From Lingula anatina (Eukaryota; Animalia; Brachiopoda), in contig CM120643.1 in assembly GCA_051362555.1 (NCBI GenBank), forward strand, positions 7,750,001 through 7,814,000: a DNA stretch of 64,000 nt. The letters are read 5' to 3'. The position numbers were made by a program, and so were the translations under genes. Under the pieces are notes generated by a model. It was not told the origin of the DNA and made no database searches. It worked only from the letters and a program-made list of their open reading frames with translations. Positions 40,501 to 52,020 of this stretch are shown here, piece by piece; the first letter of the stretch is position 1, and every line of letters starts with the position of its first letter.

Positions 40501-43026
40501 ACCACAACATGTTGAGATTTAGTGAGACAGTGGAGTATAGTACTTATTATTTGACATACATACAGAGAGAAAGTACTCATTCCCCTCCCCCCCCCCATAA
40601 AAAAATTACCAAAAACCAAAAAAGGTACATAGCCATAGTCAAATACCATCTTTAGGTATTACTGATAAATGCTGATTGAAATCAATAAGGCAGGTGCACA
40701 GCTTGCTACTTACGTATGTTGAATTTATATGAGAAGTGTACTATACAAGCGTCAGTTGTCTACATTACTCTCTATTGATACATCATTGTTGTCCTTTGTA
40801 CCCTATTGTTATTCTCAGTACCCCATTGTTGTTATGGCTATATAAGCTGGCCCTCAGTGGGTAACCAGCAAGTATATAGGAAAAATAGGCTCAATACACT
40901 GAAGTCAAGCTTGTGTTAGTCATAACCCAAAGCTGCTCATGGCAGCAGGGTGGGCTTACTAAAGCCGTCTCTACATACAACAACCACATTTTTAACTCAC
41001 CAGTTAACATTGGCTTGTTGATAAAGAAATTTTCATCATGAAGAATCCACACTGCTATTCTTCTCCATCTTTCTGGCAAGGCAGACATGTTTTCCATTTT
41101 GAGGAATCCATTTTCATCAAAGACCCTGGGCACCAGCTTCATGTCTACAGGCTCATTCAATTCATTCAAACAGAACTCCACAATAGGTTGATATATAGGA
41201 AGTATTGGGATGACTCTTGCCATGTGGAGACCACCAAGAATTATCTGTACAGCCTCTAAAACAGCCTTCTTTGAGGAATGCTGACACTTATTTTTCAATT
41301 TTTCTGCAAAGTATTGAATACCATCTGCTTTGTAAAGGCTTGGTGGAATCTTCTTAACATACTTGTCAATTTGCTCTATTTCTAACCTTCCACACAACTC
41401 CACAATCCTTAAACATGCATACCCTTTTGTCTTCATGACATTTAATGATTCCTCCTTCATCAGACCAGACTGGAAACAACTATCAAGTATTCCACTGAAG
41501 ACTTCATAATAGCCATGATGGCCCATCAAATCACAAGTAATGGAAAGCAATTTGAAAGGGGGGATATTTCTCCCTTGGTTTTGCACTAAATCAACCACTT
41601 TTTTTAAAAAAGCAATATTTGTATTGCAATCCATTAGTAGGTAAGCCTGAACTAATCTATAACCACCATCCCCATCGATATCTTGTGCATTAGCCACAAA
41701 GTTCTCAGCAACTTTCAACAGCATTTCATGATCACAATAATACATTATACCAAATTGCCATGTAATACCAATTTGCTGTCTCAATGGCAACAAAGATGCG
41801 TGCTTCTTAAATATCTCAGCAAGTTCTGTAACATATTGTACATCCATGAAACCTTTATTCAACTTCTGCTTTCGGGCTAAGCCCAACATCCACTTAATGC
41901 ACAGAAATGCAAGTCTCTTGTATTCTTCAGTTCCATCACAAAGCAGAATCTCCAACACCTTCCATAAAATGTCAGAGGGCACCAAATATTCAACATTATG
42001 ACAGAGTTGGACATACCTGTACACTTCTCTAGGCTCAGTGAATTCACTGTTGAAATTCAGCTCCTGTAAAAAATATCTTACATCATTTGCATCCACCCAT
42101 TTTCCACCAAGTTCACAAGAATAGTGTGTTGCAGATTGTAGAACACTAACAAGCCAGTGCATTTCTTTGCCTCCAAGTTCTTTCCTCTCTAGCTCTGCCT
42201 CACTCATCAACTGCTTCAAGAAAATCCTTATCTGCTCTTCAAAGTACTTCTGCTTGTGTAGTAAAGACAGATGTAACCAGCCGTGACAGGCCTCTTTCCT
42301 AGACTCAACATACCATTCGGACCATACCTGTGACATGTGTCTCTCCAGTTCCTTATAAAACTGACGGATTTCTGGAGATGGCTGAATTAAAACCCCAACT
42401 AACAACAATCTGTTTAACTGACGTGGAACACTTCCCTCCATCAAACCTTTGTTGAGGATGGTTAGCAGGGCTGATGATAACCTGTCATCTTGTAGAAGAT
42501 GAGTGTTTTGATATCTTGGAGAATCCCTCAAACATTTAAGACTAACAGCATATATATACGGTAGCACTCCGTCAAGGTCTTTTTCAGCTTCCCGATCTCC
42601 GTTCTCGTAATCACTAATAATCTCCCCTTCGCTCCTTCCATCTTGCATAAGGTACTCCTTCGCCTCTCTTTCCAAATGAACTTGGCTCTGTCTGATGAGG
42701 TAGTTCAATTCATCTTCCTTGATTGTTTTTGTAGAGTATGACAGCTCAGTCCCAGTGGTAACTCTCCCCATCGTCCAACCCCACATCATGTGAGGGCTTC
42801 GCCTTCGGAGTTGAGAGACGGCACATGTAAATCGCAGCGATTGGTGGCATTGTGAGGGTTGTGCCAAACACTGAGTTATTCTACCAACAAAACTGTGTCG
42901 ACTACAACTTCGGTAGACATATCTCAGTGCCGAATAAAACATTATCACATGATTAAAATGTTCCCAGTACTGAACACGTCCAATGGCCTCCACCTCGACC
43001 ACGAGGCGGTTGAGGCAAGCTCGCAT
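34510..43026 (-). CDS. FASTK-family mitochondrial RNA-binding protein (FASTKD5-like, RAP domain)
   Basis: A large exon from 43026 (or ATG 42942, MFYSALRYVYRSCSR, presequence-like) to 41001, with donor ACTG|GTGAGT. Exon 40287-40146 completes the RAP-like end (GEAKAKKHFLYQAGYREVLEVPF). FAST_2/RAP-like VLEAVQIILGG..ILPIYQPIVEFCL..RRIAVWI. It ends either by read-through at 40142 or at a candidate exon 34582-34510. Confidence 0.8.
34736..34948 (-). mobile_element. Harbinger-type MITE, family B
   Basis: TIRs AACCCTTTACACTGGAC / GTCCATTGTAAAGGGGGCT with TAA flanks; reverse complement of 50867-51074. Confidence 0.8.
35027..36838. mobile_element. Helentron-like non-autonomous element (HINE-type)
   Basis: Starts ACAAGGCAGCAAAGCTGTCAAATGTAGAGACAC. 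Ends with a GAC microsatellite and the hairpin TATGTAGAGACAC-ATCT-GTGTTTGTACATA, then an A run. The subterminal motif is inverted relative to the hairpin's right arm. Confidence 0.6.
37520..39517. mobile_element. Helentron-like non-autonomous element (HINE-type) with core tandem repeats
   Basis: Same start motif as 35027, ~152 bp core repeats, (GGCGAC)n, and a perfect hairpin TATGTACAGACAC-ATCT-GTGTCTGTACATA at 39484-39513. May be nested or composite. Confidence 0.65.
38958..39350. repeat. ~155-160 bp tandem repeat, about 2.5 copies
   Basis: GTGAAAAAACAG...TGGCCCGAT..GATTTTCGAACTTGA recurs at ~38959, 39118 and 39277. Confidence 0.9.
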
Positions 43027-43687
43027 TTGTAGAAACGGCAGGTCAGGTCACAAAATGGCGGAAAACGGCATTTCAGGCTACAAGAAAAAATGGAATAAAA
43101 AGCGGAACCTTATACTAGGGAATAAACACCCTTTTCAACGCAATTTTGACGTGAACAGCCAAAACCCGTATCTTTGTATCATGTTACCTTGAGCATCTGC
43201 CCTGGCTATAAGGACACGAGTTCTTGTAAAAACTTAAAAGGATAAGAACTGTTCATTTAGGCCAAAAAATGAATTTTGCTGGGGTAAACAACAATTTTTC
43301 CAGTCTTACTAATGGTAAATGAATACATTCCGACATTCAAAGTTAGTCCGTGTTTTTTTCCTTAAAAGTTTAGTTTTTTAATATTCTCTTAAGCATAAGA
43401 GATTATTACAGAGTGTAGCCATCTATAGAGGTCACTTGGTGTGATGGAAAGCACAAATTCCAGAATTATTGCGTTAACTGCCGTTTTTGTGGTAAAATAA
43501 AATTTATTACGTTTCTATGAGTTGTTTACAATGTATTTATTATGAAATATAGATATCATGCGAACAGTTGTTATCCCTTTAAAGTATGTCCTACATGCTG
43601 ACGCCACAAGATAATAATGAATATGACTCTTGTTTATAATTACTGTACATGTATGTGGACTTTTCTTTTAACAGCAACAATTTCTAC

Positions 43688-43848
43688 ATAGAATTGACGT
43701 CATTACTCAGCTGGCCTATGGTAGAAATTAAAAATAAATATAATTTATATATATATATATAGAATTAACGTCATCTCTCAGCTGGCCTATGGTAGAAATT
43801 AAAGATAAATATATATATATATAGATTTGACGTCAACACTCAGCTGGC
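43688..43848. repeat. ~65-70 bp tandem repeat, 2.4 copies, with CRE and E-box motifs
   Basis: TAGAATTGACGTCAxxxCTCAGCTGGCCTATGGTAGAAATTAAA recurs. Confidence 0.8.
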
Positions 43849-44786
43849 TCTGGTCCTGATACCTGCGACCACATCGCATCCAGCCACCTAGCGCGTTCAA
43901 ATATTTTTTCAATTTGTCATCCTTTTCTCGAATCCCTTAATTAATATGTACAGTTAGCAATTATTGATAATCTCACACAAAGTGATTGTGGCTTCAAAAT
44001 ACATTTATTTAAGACATATAAAACAAAATACGTATCTAAGCTCACATATAACATGGCACCGACAACAGACAAGATTGGCCACTCACAGGCCAGCATAATG
44101 TTATAATTATGATATTTATTCTTGCAAATAAAAGTTAGATTTTACATGCACTATAGAAGAGTGATAAAAGTAACTAAAACACATTATGACATTATCCACT
44201 AACAACATAAAGAAGATTTAACTGAATAAATTATGAAATCAATCTGCTCTTTAAAATAGTTCAATAACATAAAATAGGAATTCAATAATTAGAACATAAG
44301 ATAAATCATATAAAAATTCTGAGGGTGTCTTGGGAAATGTGAATATTCTATAACTTTTGGTATAATAAATGATTTGTTCTATGATCTTCCATACATGCTC
44401 TATAATACACATACATACATAATATTTAACTACTTAAATCATCGCGCTGTTTTGCACAGGAATGGAATTTGTCTCTTTAAGGCCGGGGTTAACGGGGTGT
44501 TTGGATACAGTATCTTAAATATGTAGTGATACATATAGGTAGGACACAAAAATATTCTAGTAGAAAACAAAATAATTCTCATTAATTGCAATTTTAATTT
44601 TAAAATATAACAAAAAATCCACATTTGTATGTTTATGTCAGACGAAATGCCACAGTTACAATCTACACGTGTTTGCAGGGACACTCTTTTTTTAGTCAAT
44701 TCCCTTTCCATTAAAAGGAAGATTTTTTACTCTCTTATCTCGCAGAACCCGAAGTTAAAATTGTTTTCGGTTGATACAAATTGAAA

Positions 44787-44830
44787 TACAGGGTGTCCCA
44801 GTATAAACGTAACCCAAAAATGTGAACGCC
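44787..44830 (+). mobile_element. Solitary Tc1/mariner-like terminus
   Basis: TA followed by CAGGGTGTCCCA; no partner end found. Confidence 0.35.
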
Positions 44831-47629
44831 GTTTATTTTCTGTTTACAAATTATATACAATTCATATATATCTGAAAACTGCAGAAGTTAGCAAATCTAC
44901 TGCTACAGACAACATGTCACGTGCTCTACTGACAAAGATTTTGTCGTCATTTATAGAAAATACTCCAAATATGCTCTGTTATACATTGCACAGTGTCTTT
45001 CAATTCAAAATGTAGTTTTATTAAGTAGTAAACATTAGAATGTCAATTTGAGGACTAGCGAAAACGTTCTTCAAATTTGTAAAGTGTATTGAACGAAACT
45101 GATCTGGGCACTCAGTCGTATGTATGCAGTCACAGACTACATATTCCTCCGTTTAAATCGCACCGCACGCACAGTCTGTTGTCACGTGGTCTTCTGACCC
45201 ACCTGTCCATCAATCATCACTGTACTAAATATAAACATATCAATCATACACTGTAAATCTACAAAGTTCATTAAGTTTCCTGTTATAACCTCTCAGCAAA
45301 ATTGAACTAAATGTAACGTACACCATCCCACCAAAGAAAATTTCAAATTTTATACTAAAAGAAAAGAAAAAAAAACAAGATTTCATGTTGTGAGATCTTT
45401 CAATATTTGATTTAAGCTTTCAAGTAAGACAATATTTTTAATCAGGGATAAGACAAAAAGAAGATATCCTCCAACTGAAGTAAATGTTATTAGGTGCAAA
45501 TAATAGTACTAAGGACTAAGTAGGCTAAAAAATCTTTATTTAACTGGGGCCTACCAAAAGTCGCATGCAGTGTATATGTGTATATAGCTGTACAAGTAAA
45601 GCTATCCCTGCGTCCGTCGCCGTCGTGCATATTTCACTGTTATAGCAATAAATTGATAACCGTGTGGCTATTTTTTTTTTTTTTTTGTTTGTTTGTTATT
45701 CTCAAACTTATATATTATGATAAATACAGTCCACGTTCAAATGGCAGATATATTGAGTCTTTTTTCCTTAAATTATCCCGCTTTTTTACTTTTCTGTTAT
45801 ACATTGTAATGTAAGATTTGTTAACGCAATAAAAGGAAAACCCCGTGACTTATCATACTGAAATTTACAGAGTCACTTTTAGCGTGAGTATTAAAATACA
45901 GGCCAAGGGCAAATGTCAACTTTATCGGACCATTTTTGGCGAAGGTTATCCCATGTCCCCCTTCCTTCGAATGGAATGTGTCGTCTCTATTGACTCACTG
46001 CGTTCCGTTGATGTTATAGCTACAGCTTGCTTGAGTCCGTCTTAACAGTTTCTTGCAAAAATAATTTGTAATCGGATATACATGCATATTCTAGGGTTAA
46101 AGAGTCTAGATCTGATTTGAGTCGCTACATGTACGATAGAAAATATTAATAATAAAGCTTGATAAAAGTATTGATCAAATAGGCCCATGATCATTTATAT
46201 AAAGCGTGTTATTATAAATAGGTAAAATTTTACAAATAATTAGCTTCAGTTGTTTCGGCTTCTCGATCCTAGACAACGTCTCGACGTGAATTCCAAGATA
46301 AAAAAAATGTATCGCCTGCAGGGCCTCAAGTACGGTTACCACTGTTACATGGTACTCTTTTTTTATATAAATGACATTCATGACATTTGGACACTCTTGA
46401 AATATGTGCATTCAGTATAAAAAGTTTTGAGTATCTAAAAAAATTATTATGATACTTCGGAGAAATTATATGAAAATGATCATATCAGCGTCCTCTGTCA
46501 TTTATCGCTGTCTTCACTAGCACAATATGATGAAATTCATGGACACCGTCACAATCATGTTGAGATAGACTATGAGGTCAAATACATTAGCATTAACCCT
46601 GTTGTAACTCAACTTCCTCTATTCTCCCGGACAATTACAGACCTTTCATCATTGACAATTGCCAGAGAGGGAGATTCCCACGCATGCCCTACGTCTCCCA
46701 CCCTGACACACACCCATACACACAAACACACACACACACACACACACAAAACTATTTTTTATGCTTTGCAAAGTAACGCTTCGGTTAGAAATGTATTGTT
46801 AGCAGTTTGCTATAGTAGAATACTTTGACTACACAAAATGATACAGAAAAATCAAATCTGCAATTAAGAACTTTATTATATTCCAATTCAAGTCATTCAA
46901 TGTTTCAAGAAATCCATCAGCTGTTTTACAACTTAGTCATACTAACAGCCTGTTTTAATCAATAATTAAAACAAGTCAATTTTTGCTCTCCGATATTTCC
47001 GTCTCCGTTCCGTTATGTGGCTTTCATCGGGGATTCAGCTTTTTGCACACCTTAGGTAGAGGTGACACTCACGTCCACATTTAGCCCAACTTTCTATGTT
47101 ACTGGAACATTTTTGAAATATTGTTGAGATTTCTTTATGAAGTACCAAATATCTCACTTCGAAAAAAATTCATTTGTTAATTTAAAAAAATCATCATTCT
47201 GTACTTCAAACTGCAATCTGTACACTTTTTTTAGCAAATTGCCTATGCCAATGGGGACAGCTTGGCAAAAGCACTAAATCTCACTCATTAACACTTCTGT
47301 TTTATGTTTTCTGATGTATTCTGGATAATGTGGCAAATAAGCCCCAGTGCATATATGAAAATGTACAATATTGTGTGCAAGTCGGCAAACATACTTGATG
47401 TGATAATCGCCGACAGTTTGTGTAGTTGAAATAGCAAACTTTGATTTCATGTAAATTCTGTCGGCACTTAATGTTCCATCTGTAACTTACAGTAGGACAC
47501 ATACTGTCACGGCGTAGGGATTTTAAGTCGTTTTTTACAAGCGCCATTACGTTGCGTCGCGTTCGTTGTGTGTAAAAACGCCAATTTCAATGAAAAATGC
47601 TGATAATTTCTTTCTCTTTTAATTTTTTG

Positions 47630-47690
47630 AAATTTCAATTCAATTCAATTTCAATTCAATTCAAAAATTTCAATTCATTTTTTATTCATT
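47630..47690 (-). repeat. (TTCAA)n microsatellite, probably a LINE tail on the minus strand
   Basis: The minus strand reads AATAAA followed by (TGAAT)n. Confidence 0.5.
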
Positions 47691-50452
47691 GGGCCAACAT
47701 TTCAGAGGAAGAATTTGGTAGAGTAGATCAGCGCTAAATTATAACGTCACGGTGATTTTCTAGCATAACAGCAGCATAACATTTGCTGGAAATTATTTTC
47801 ATTTTAGTTCCTTTCGTAGCGTTGACGCTTTGCCAGTTAATTTTCTAGAGCGCCGCTTTTAGTAATGGCTCTCTTTCTCATTAGACGTCATATTTGAATT
47901 CGAAGTCCATCCTTGTGAATTACTATAGTTGAAACATACGGCAGTTATATAAGTAGAAAAGATAAGTCTGAACAGGTTTTTTAAAGAGACAAAAGTTGTA
48001 AAAGTTTGTATAACCTGGTGTGTTAAAGTTAAAGGACAACAGTACACACCCGAACGCAATTTCCCCCAACTCTCCCAAACCTTTTATACTATCACCATAC
48101 CCCTCCCCCCCCCCCATCAGTTTTGTGCCGTTTAAATTCAACATATTTCCTTTGATCCAACTTTCTCTATTGAATGGTTCGTCGACATCTGATTTAAACT
48201 AAAATATCATAATGTCATTTCCAATGGCTTATTAGCTAATTTCTGTATGAACTTTTTATCCCCCTTCCTCACCTCGCGTTATGTCTTCACTAACACAATA
48301 GGGTGATATTTGTGGAGTTCGTCACAATCATGGTTGAGACAGCATCAGAATCAAAACACCGCAGTCTCTGTCGTAAGATCTACTTGGTCAAACATAGCAA
48401 AAACTGCTCAGATATTCAAATCAGTGAACCTTATTGAGTCATGTCAAGAAAGCCAGTGACCTACATAATGTCGTTTCAATTTTATTTGGGGTTGATAAGG
48501 ATCTGAAGTTAATTTTCGTCTGGCATTTTTTGAAATATACTGAACACAATTAAAAGTCGTCCAATGTATTTTTGATGTTGTAAAGTACAAATGAAGTTTC
48601 ATCCATAAAATATTGGTGAGAGTTGTAAAGGAAAGGCGGTCACTTCAGCCTGCCACCTCCCCTACCATGAATGTAATGGGATGGACAGCCTGGAAGGAGA
48701 CGTCACTGCCTCAGTGCTGAGTGATCAGGAAGTGGAGCGAAGGCGGCCTAGATATTAAGTATACCAATATCGTAATTTCAGCCATATCAATATAACGTTT
48801 TAAGAAACCAATGTTAGGTATTTGGTGATAAGTTAATTGTGATTTATTTTTGAAAAGTATTTTGACGCCCGTTTGCTTAAAAGTGGTTTTGAACATTTCC
48901 CAACATTTTCCCCACGTACTATTTATTTCCTCCTTCGCTTCATCTCATCACGTCTCATAAAACAAAGGAAGATGCAGTTGCAATTCATGTTCAGTATTTT
49001 GAACTTCGTCGGTAGAAATAATAGTGGCAGTGGAAGTTTACCGTGAGAAATGGCCAAGGAGGGGAAAATGCTGTGAAATGTCTTGTGAGAGTCTGGCTAT
49101 TGATGCGTTGATATTTAGTGAGCGGTTGGTAGTGGAATTATAGAATATGTCATAGGTATAGTAACAAAACGTCCATTTCCTAAGTAAAGAACATAATCCA
49201 GGTATTAAGGGGGTATAGTAATACACTGCCATTTCGAATATTGGCAAGATTCGCAAATAAAGATTTAATATTTCATTTCAATAAAATGTGTGAGCTAAAC
49301 TGTGGTTGTATTGATTTCTGTGTGACATGTTATAAGATGAACCCTTCAAGACATAAGGGGCGAACTGATGACCCGAAATGCTGTTCTGAACGGGTTTGAA
49401 AAGGCTTTATCCAAAGGTGTCTTTTACGTGTTTTATATCAATATAGCATCACGAATTTGAGGTGATTTACGAATTAAATGTTACATATTTAAAACGTAAT
49501 CATATATCAGAATGCATGGTCATCAGTTAAAAACTTGCTTTATTGTATTGAAATATGTTCTATACTATCTTATTGTCAAGTTTGTCACACGTGACATGTA
49601 AAATGATACTATTTGTGGTATTCTTCAGCAAGACAGCAAGGGATGACTTCAAGTTTAGATGGGAATTAAGTACGCACAAGTACACAAATTTTATGTCGGT
49701 TTTTCTATTATTTAAATATTTTTCTATAATATTCAGAATTCTGTTATATTTAGTTTCACCTAAATCACCAAAGGACACATTATCGAAATCGTTGATAAAT
49801 TCTACAAGTCCGGTGTCGAATTTTTAATTTCTCTTTTTACCAGCGTGAGTGAATTCTTCAGTCTGATTCTCAAATTGACTGAAATCTAGAATATATCGAC
49901 TGACGCTCATTGTGTGTCTTTTCTTTAATGTTCAGATGGGAAAGAAAGGATTATCGTCTCTTGAAATTTGCTGTCTTGTTGAGTAAGAGATGTCATTTTA
50001 CGAATCAAGATCGATTATTTTGTGTCACAAGTGAAGTATGTAGAATTAAGAAATTTCCATTTGAGAAAAATTTCCATTTGAGAAATATCCCTTCTTGAAA
50101 AGCTGATTTCGTTCATGTAAATACCCTTCATATGATGGAAAAGAAACTACTTTCGTGTTTTACTTATCTCTGAACGTAGTTTTTACACTGTTAAATATGT
50201 TTTATCATGAAAAATAACTGATATTTTTGTCATTAATCTGTTGAACAAATACAGGTTCTGGGTAAAGATGACGGGACCATTTATGTGATTGAAAATTATT
50301 TTATTTTCCAAATTTAACTGTTTTCGGCAATTCTTTTTAACCAGCATCTTTCCTTCTATTGACCAGATGATACAGAAATTAGGGATATTTTCTCGTATTT
50401 AGAACATTTTATGTTCAGAAGGTTGCTAAACATTTCTTACAAGATTTTTGAA

Positions 50453-50705
50453 ATTGAAAATAGATGTAGGAAATATGAGAAATGTCATGATCTGTTCCTT
50501 GGATTTTAACCCAGATTTCATGTAAATATAGTATGTTTTCTAACATTGAAAATGGATGTAGGAAATATGAGAAATGTCATGATCTGTTCCTTGGATTTTA
50601 ACCCAGATTTCATGTAAATGTAGTATGTTTTCTAACATTGAAAATGGATGTAGGAAATATGAGAAATGTCATGATCTGTCCCTTGGATTTTAACCCAGAT
50701 TTCAT
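50453..50705. repeat. ~92 bp tandem repeat, about 2.7 copies
   Basis: ATTGAAAATxGATGTAGGAAATATGAGAAATGTCATGATCTG...CCCAGATTTCAT occurs three times, nearly identical. Confidence 0.9.
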
Positions 50706-50866
50706 AGGTGAACATGTACCCTGTAGTTTGTTTTCTAAAAAGGATTTTTTTCAATTTCATATTTCTTTTATAATCTAATGTTCATTATTCTTTCAATTTT
50801 GTCAAAAGCTGGGTAAACGCTGTATTTGTTTTTTACGTATTTTGACACTTTTTTTGGCTTAATTAA

Positions 50867-51074
50867 AGCCCCCTCTACACTGGACGGCGTCCTTTCTGCG
50901 TCCCGTAGTACGGCCCCGTTTGAGAGTGAAAAAGAAATACTTTACGTGCCGACATCTGGCCGATCATTGAGCATTCATTCTGCAATCAAAGCGATGCTTG
51001 TTCTTCCTTTCTATGTCAGTTTTATGGTCGCACAAAGGACGCAGAAAGGACGCCGTCCAGTGTAAAGGGGTTTT
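50867..51074 (+). mobile_element. Harbinger-type MITE, family B
   Basis: TIRs CCCCTCTACACTGGACGGCGTCCTTTCTGCGTCC / GGACGCAGAAAGGACGCCGTCCAGTGTAAAGGGG, with TAA flanks. Confidence 0.85.
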
Positions 51075-51674
51075 TAACAACGAAAGGATGTCCGTTTTGT
51101 CTTCCTAACGATACGTGTCCGACTTAAAAAGCGTTCAATTTTAAAGAGCATTTAAGAAAAATCTCATAATCGTCATTATTATATAGAAAAAAACACAATG
51201 ACGGATCCAGGACATTTTAAAGGGGTCAGATGTTGACATTTGGAGCGAGATGGAGTATTTTGAGAACTTGATCATGTGAGTCCAGAATGGGTCTCTCTCC
51301 TCGGGGAGGGCGGAGACTAGATCCACCATTGTTTTTTTTTATTGAAGAAGTTGAAATATTTTGTTTTTGTCATTAAGAACAAACATAAGACCATTAATGT
51401 GGTAAATAGTTTATTTGTCAAGTCGAATATATAAGAATGTTATATTTTTACACCTGCAAGTGAATTTAAATGCAGGCATCATAATATTATACTATAATAT
51501 CATAATATTCTTTTAAATACTAGAACGCTTTTTAAATTGTTGTAATAAAAAGACTGAAGACGATGATATTTTACAGATATATGTTTTATAAATATTTGAA
51601 TACATAAAAGCAATTTGTAATTGTTCTTAATAAAACTCTCATTGAATATACAAAATGTCTTAGTGTTTTTACTG

Positions 51675-52020
51675 ATGGCTACATGGCTCAGTGAAAGCCT
51701 GGGGTTGGGGTTCGATCCCTGGCTCGGGCACTTTGGAATTACAAAGAGGTGCTATTAGAATCTTTCTTTGGTTACTATAAGAAGAAAGTCTACCCGGGGA
51801 AGGTGGGTGGGAACACTTAGAGGAATAGGTAACGCGCTTGCCTCTGAGACAGAAGGTCCCCAGTTCGATTCCTGGCGCTTCTAGGTCCTAGCAAATTACC
51901 TTTTGCAAAAATAAACCCAAATAAACAATTCAAACTACTATAAGAGGATCATACGAATGAGGAAAAACGCGAACTGAGACAGTGGCTCAGTAGGTAAGGC
52001 GACAGACTAGGAAGTAGAAA
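51675..52020 (+). mobile_element. Cluster of tRNA-derived (SINE-like) heads
   Basis: TGGCTCAGTG..GGTTCGATCCC at 51684-51719, GGTAACGCGCTTGCC..AGTTCGATTCCTGG at 51828-51875, and AGTGGCTCAGTAGGTAAGGCG at 51981. None is a complete tRNA. Confidence 0.45.

Noticed and set aside
42983-43192. Divergent plus-strand ORF next to the FASTK start
   Set aside because: Short, with no donor or domain; AAAATGGCGG is better explained as a YY1 promoter motif.
43688-50705. Short repeat arrays (43688, 50453) as possible CRISPR-like loci
   Set aside because: The units are contiguous tandem copies without unique spacers; the context is eukaryotic and there are no cas genes.
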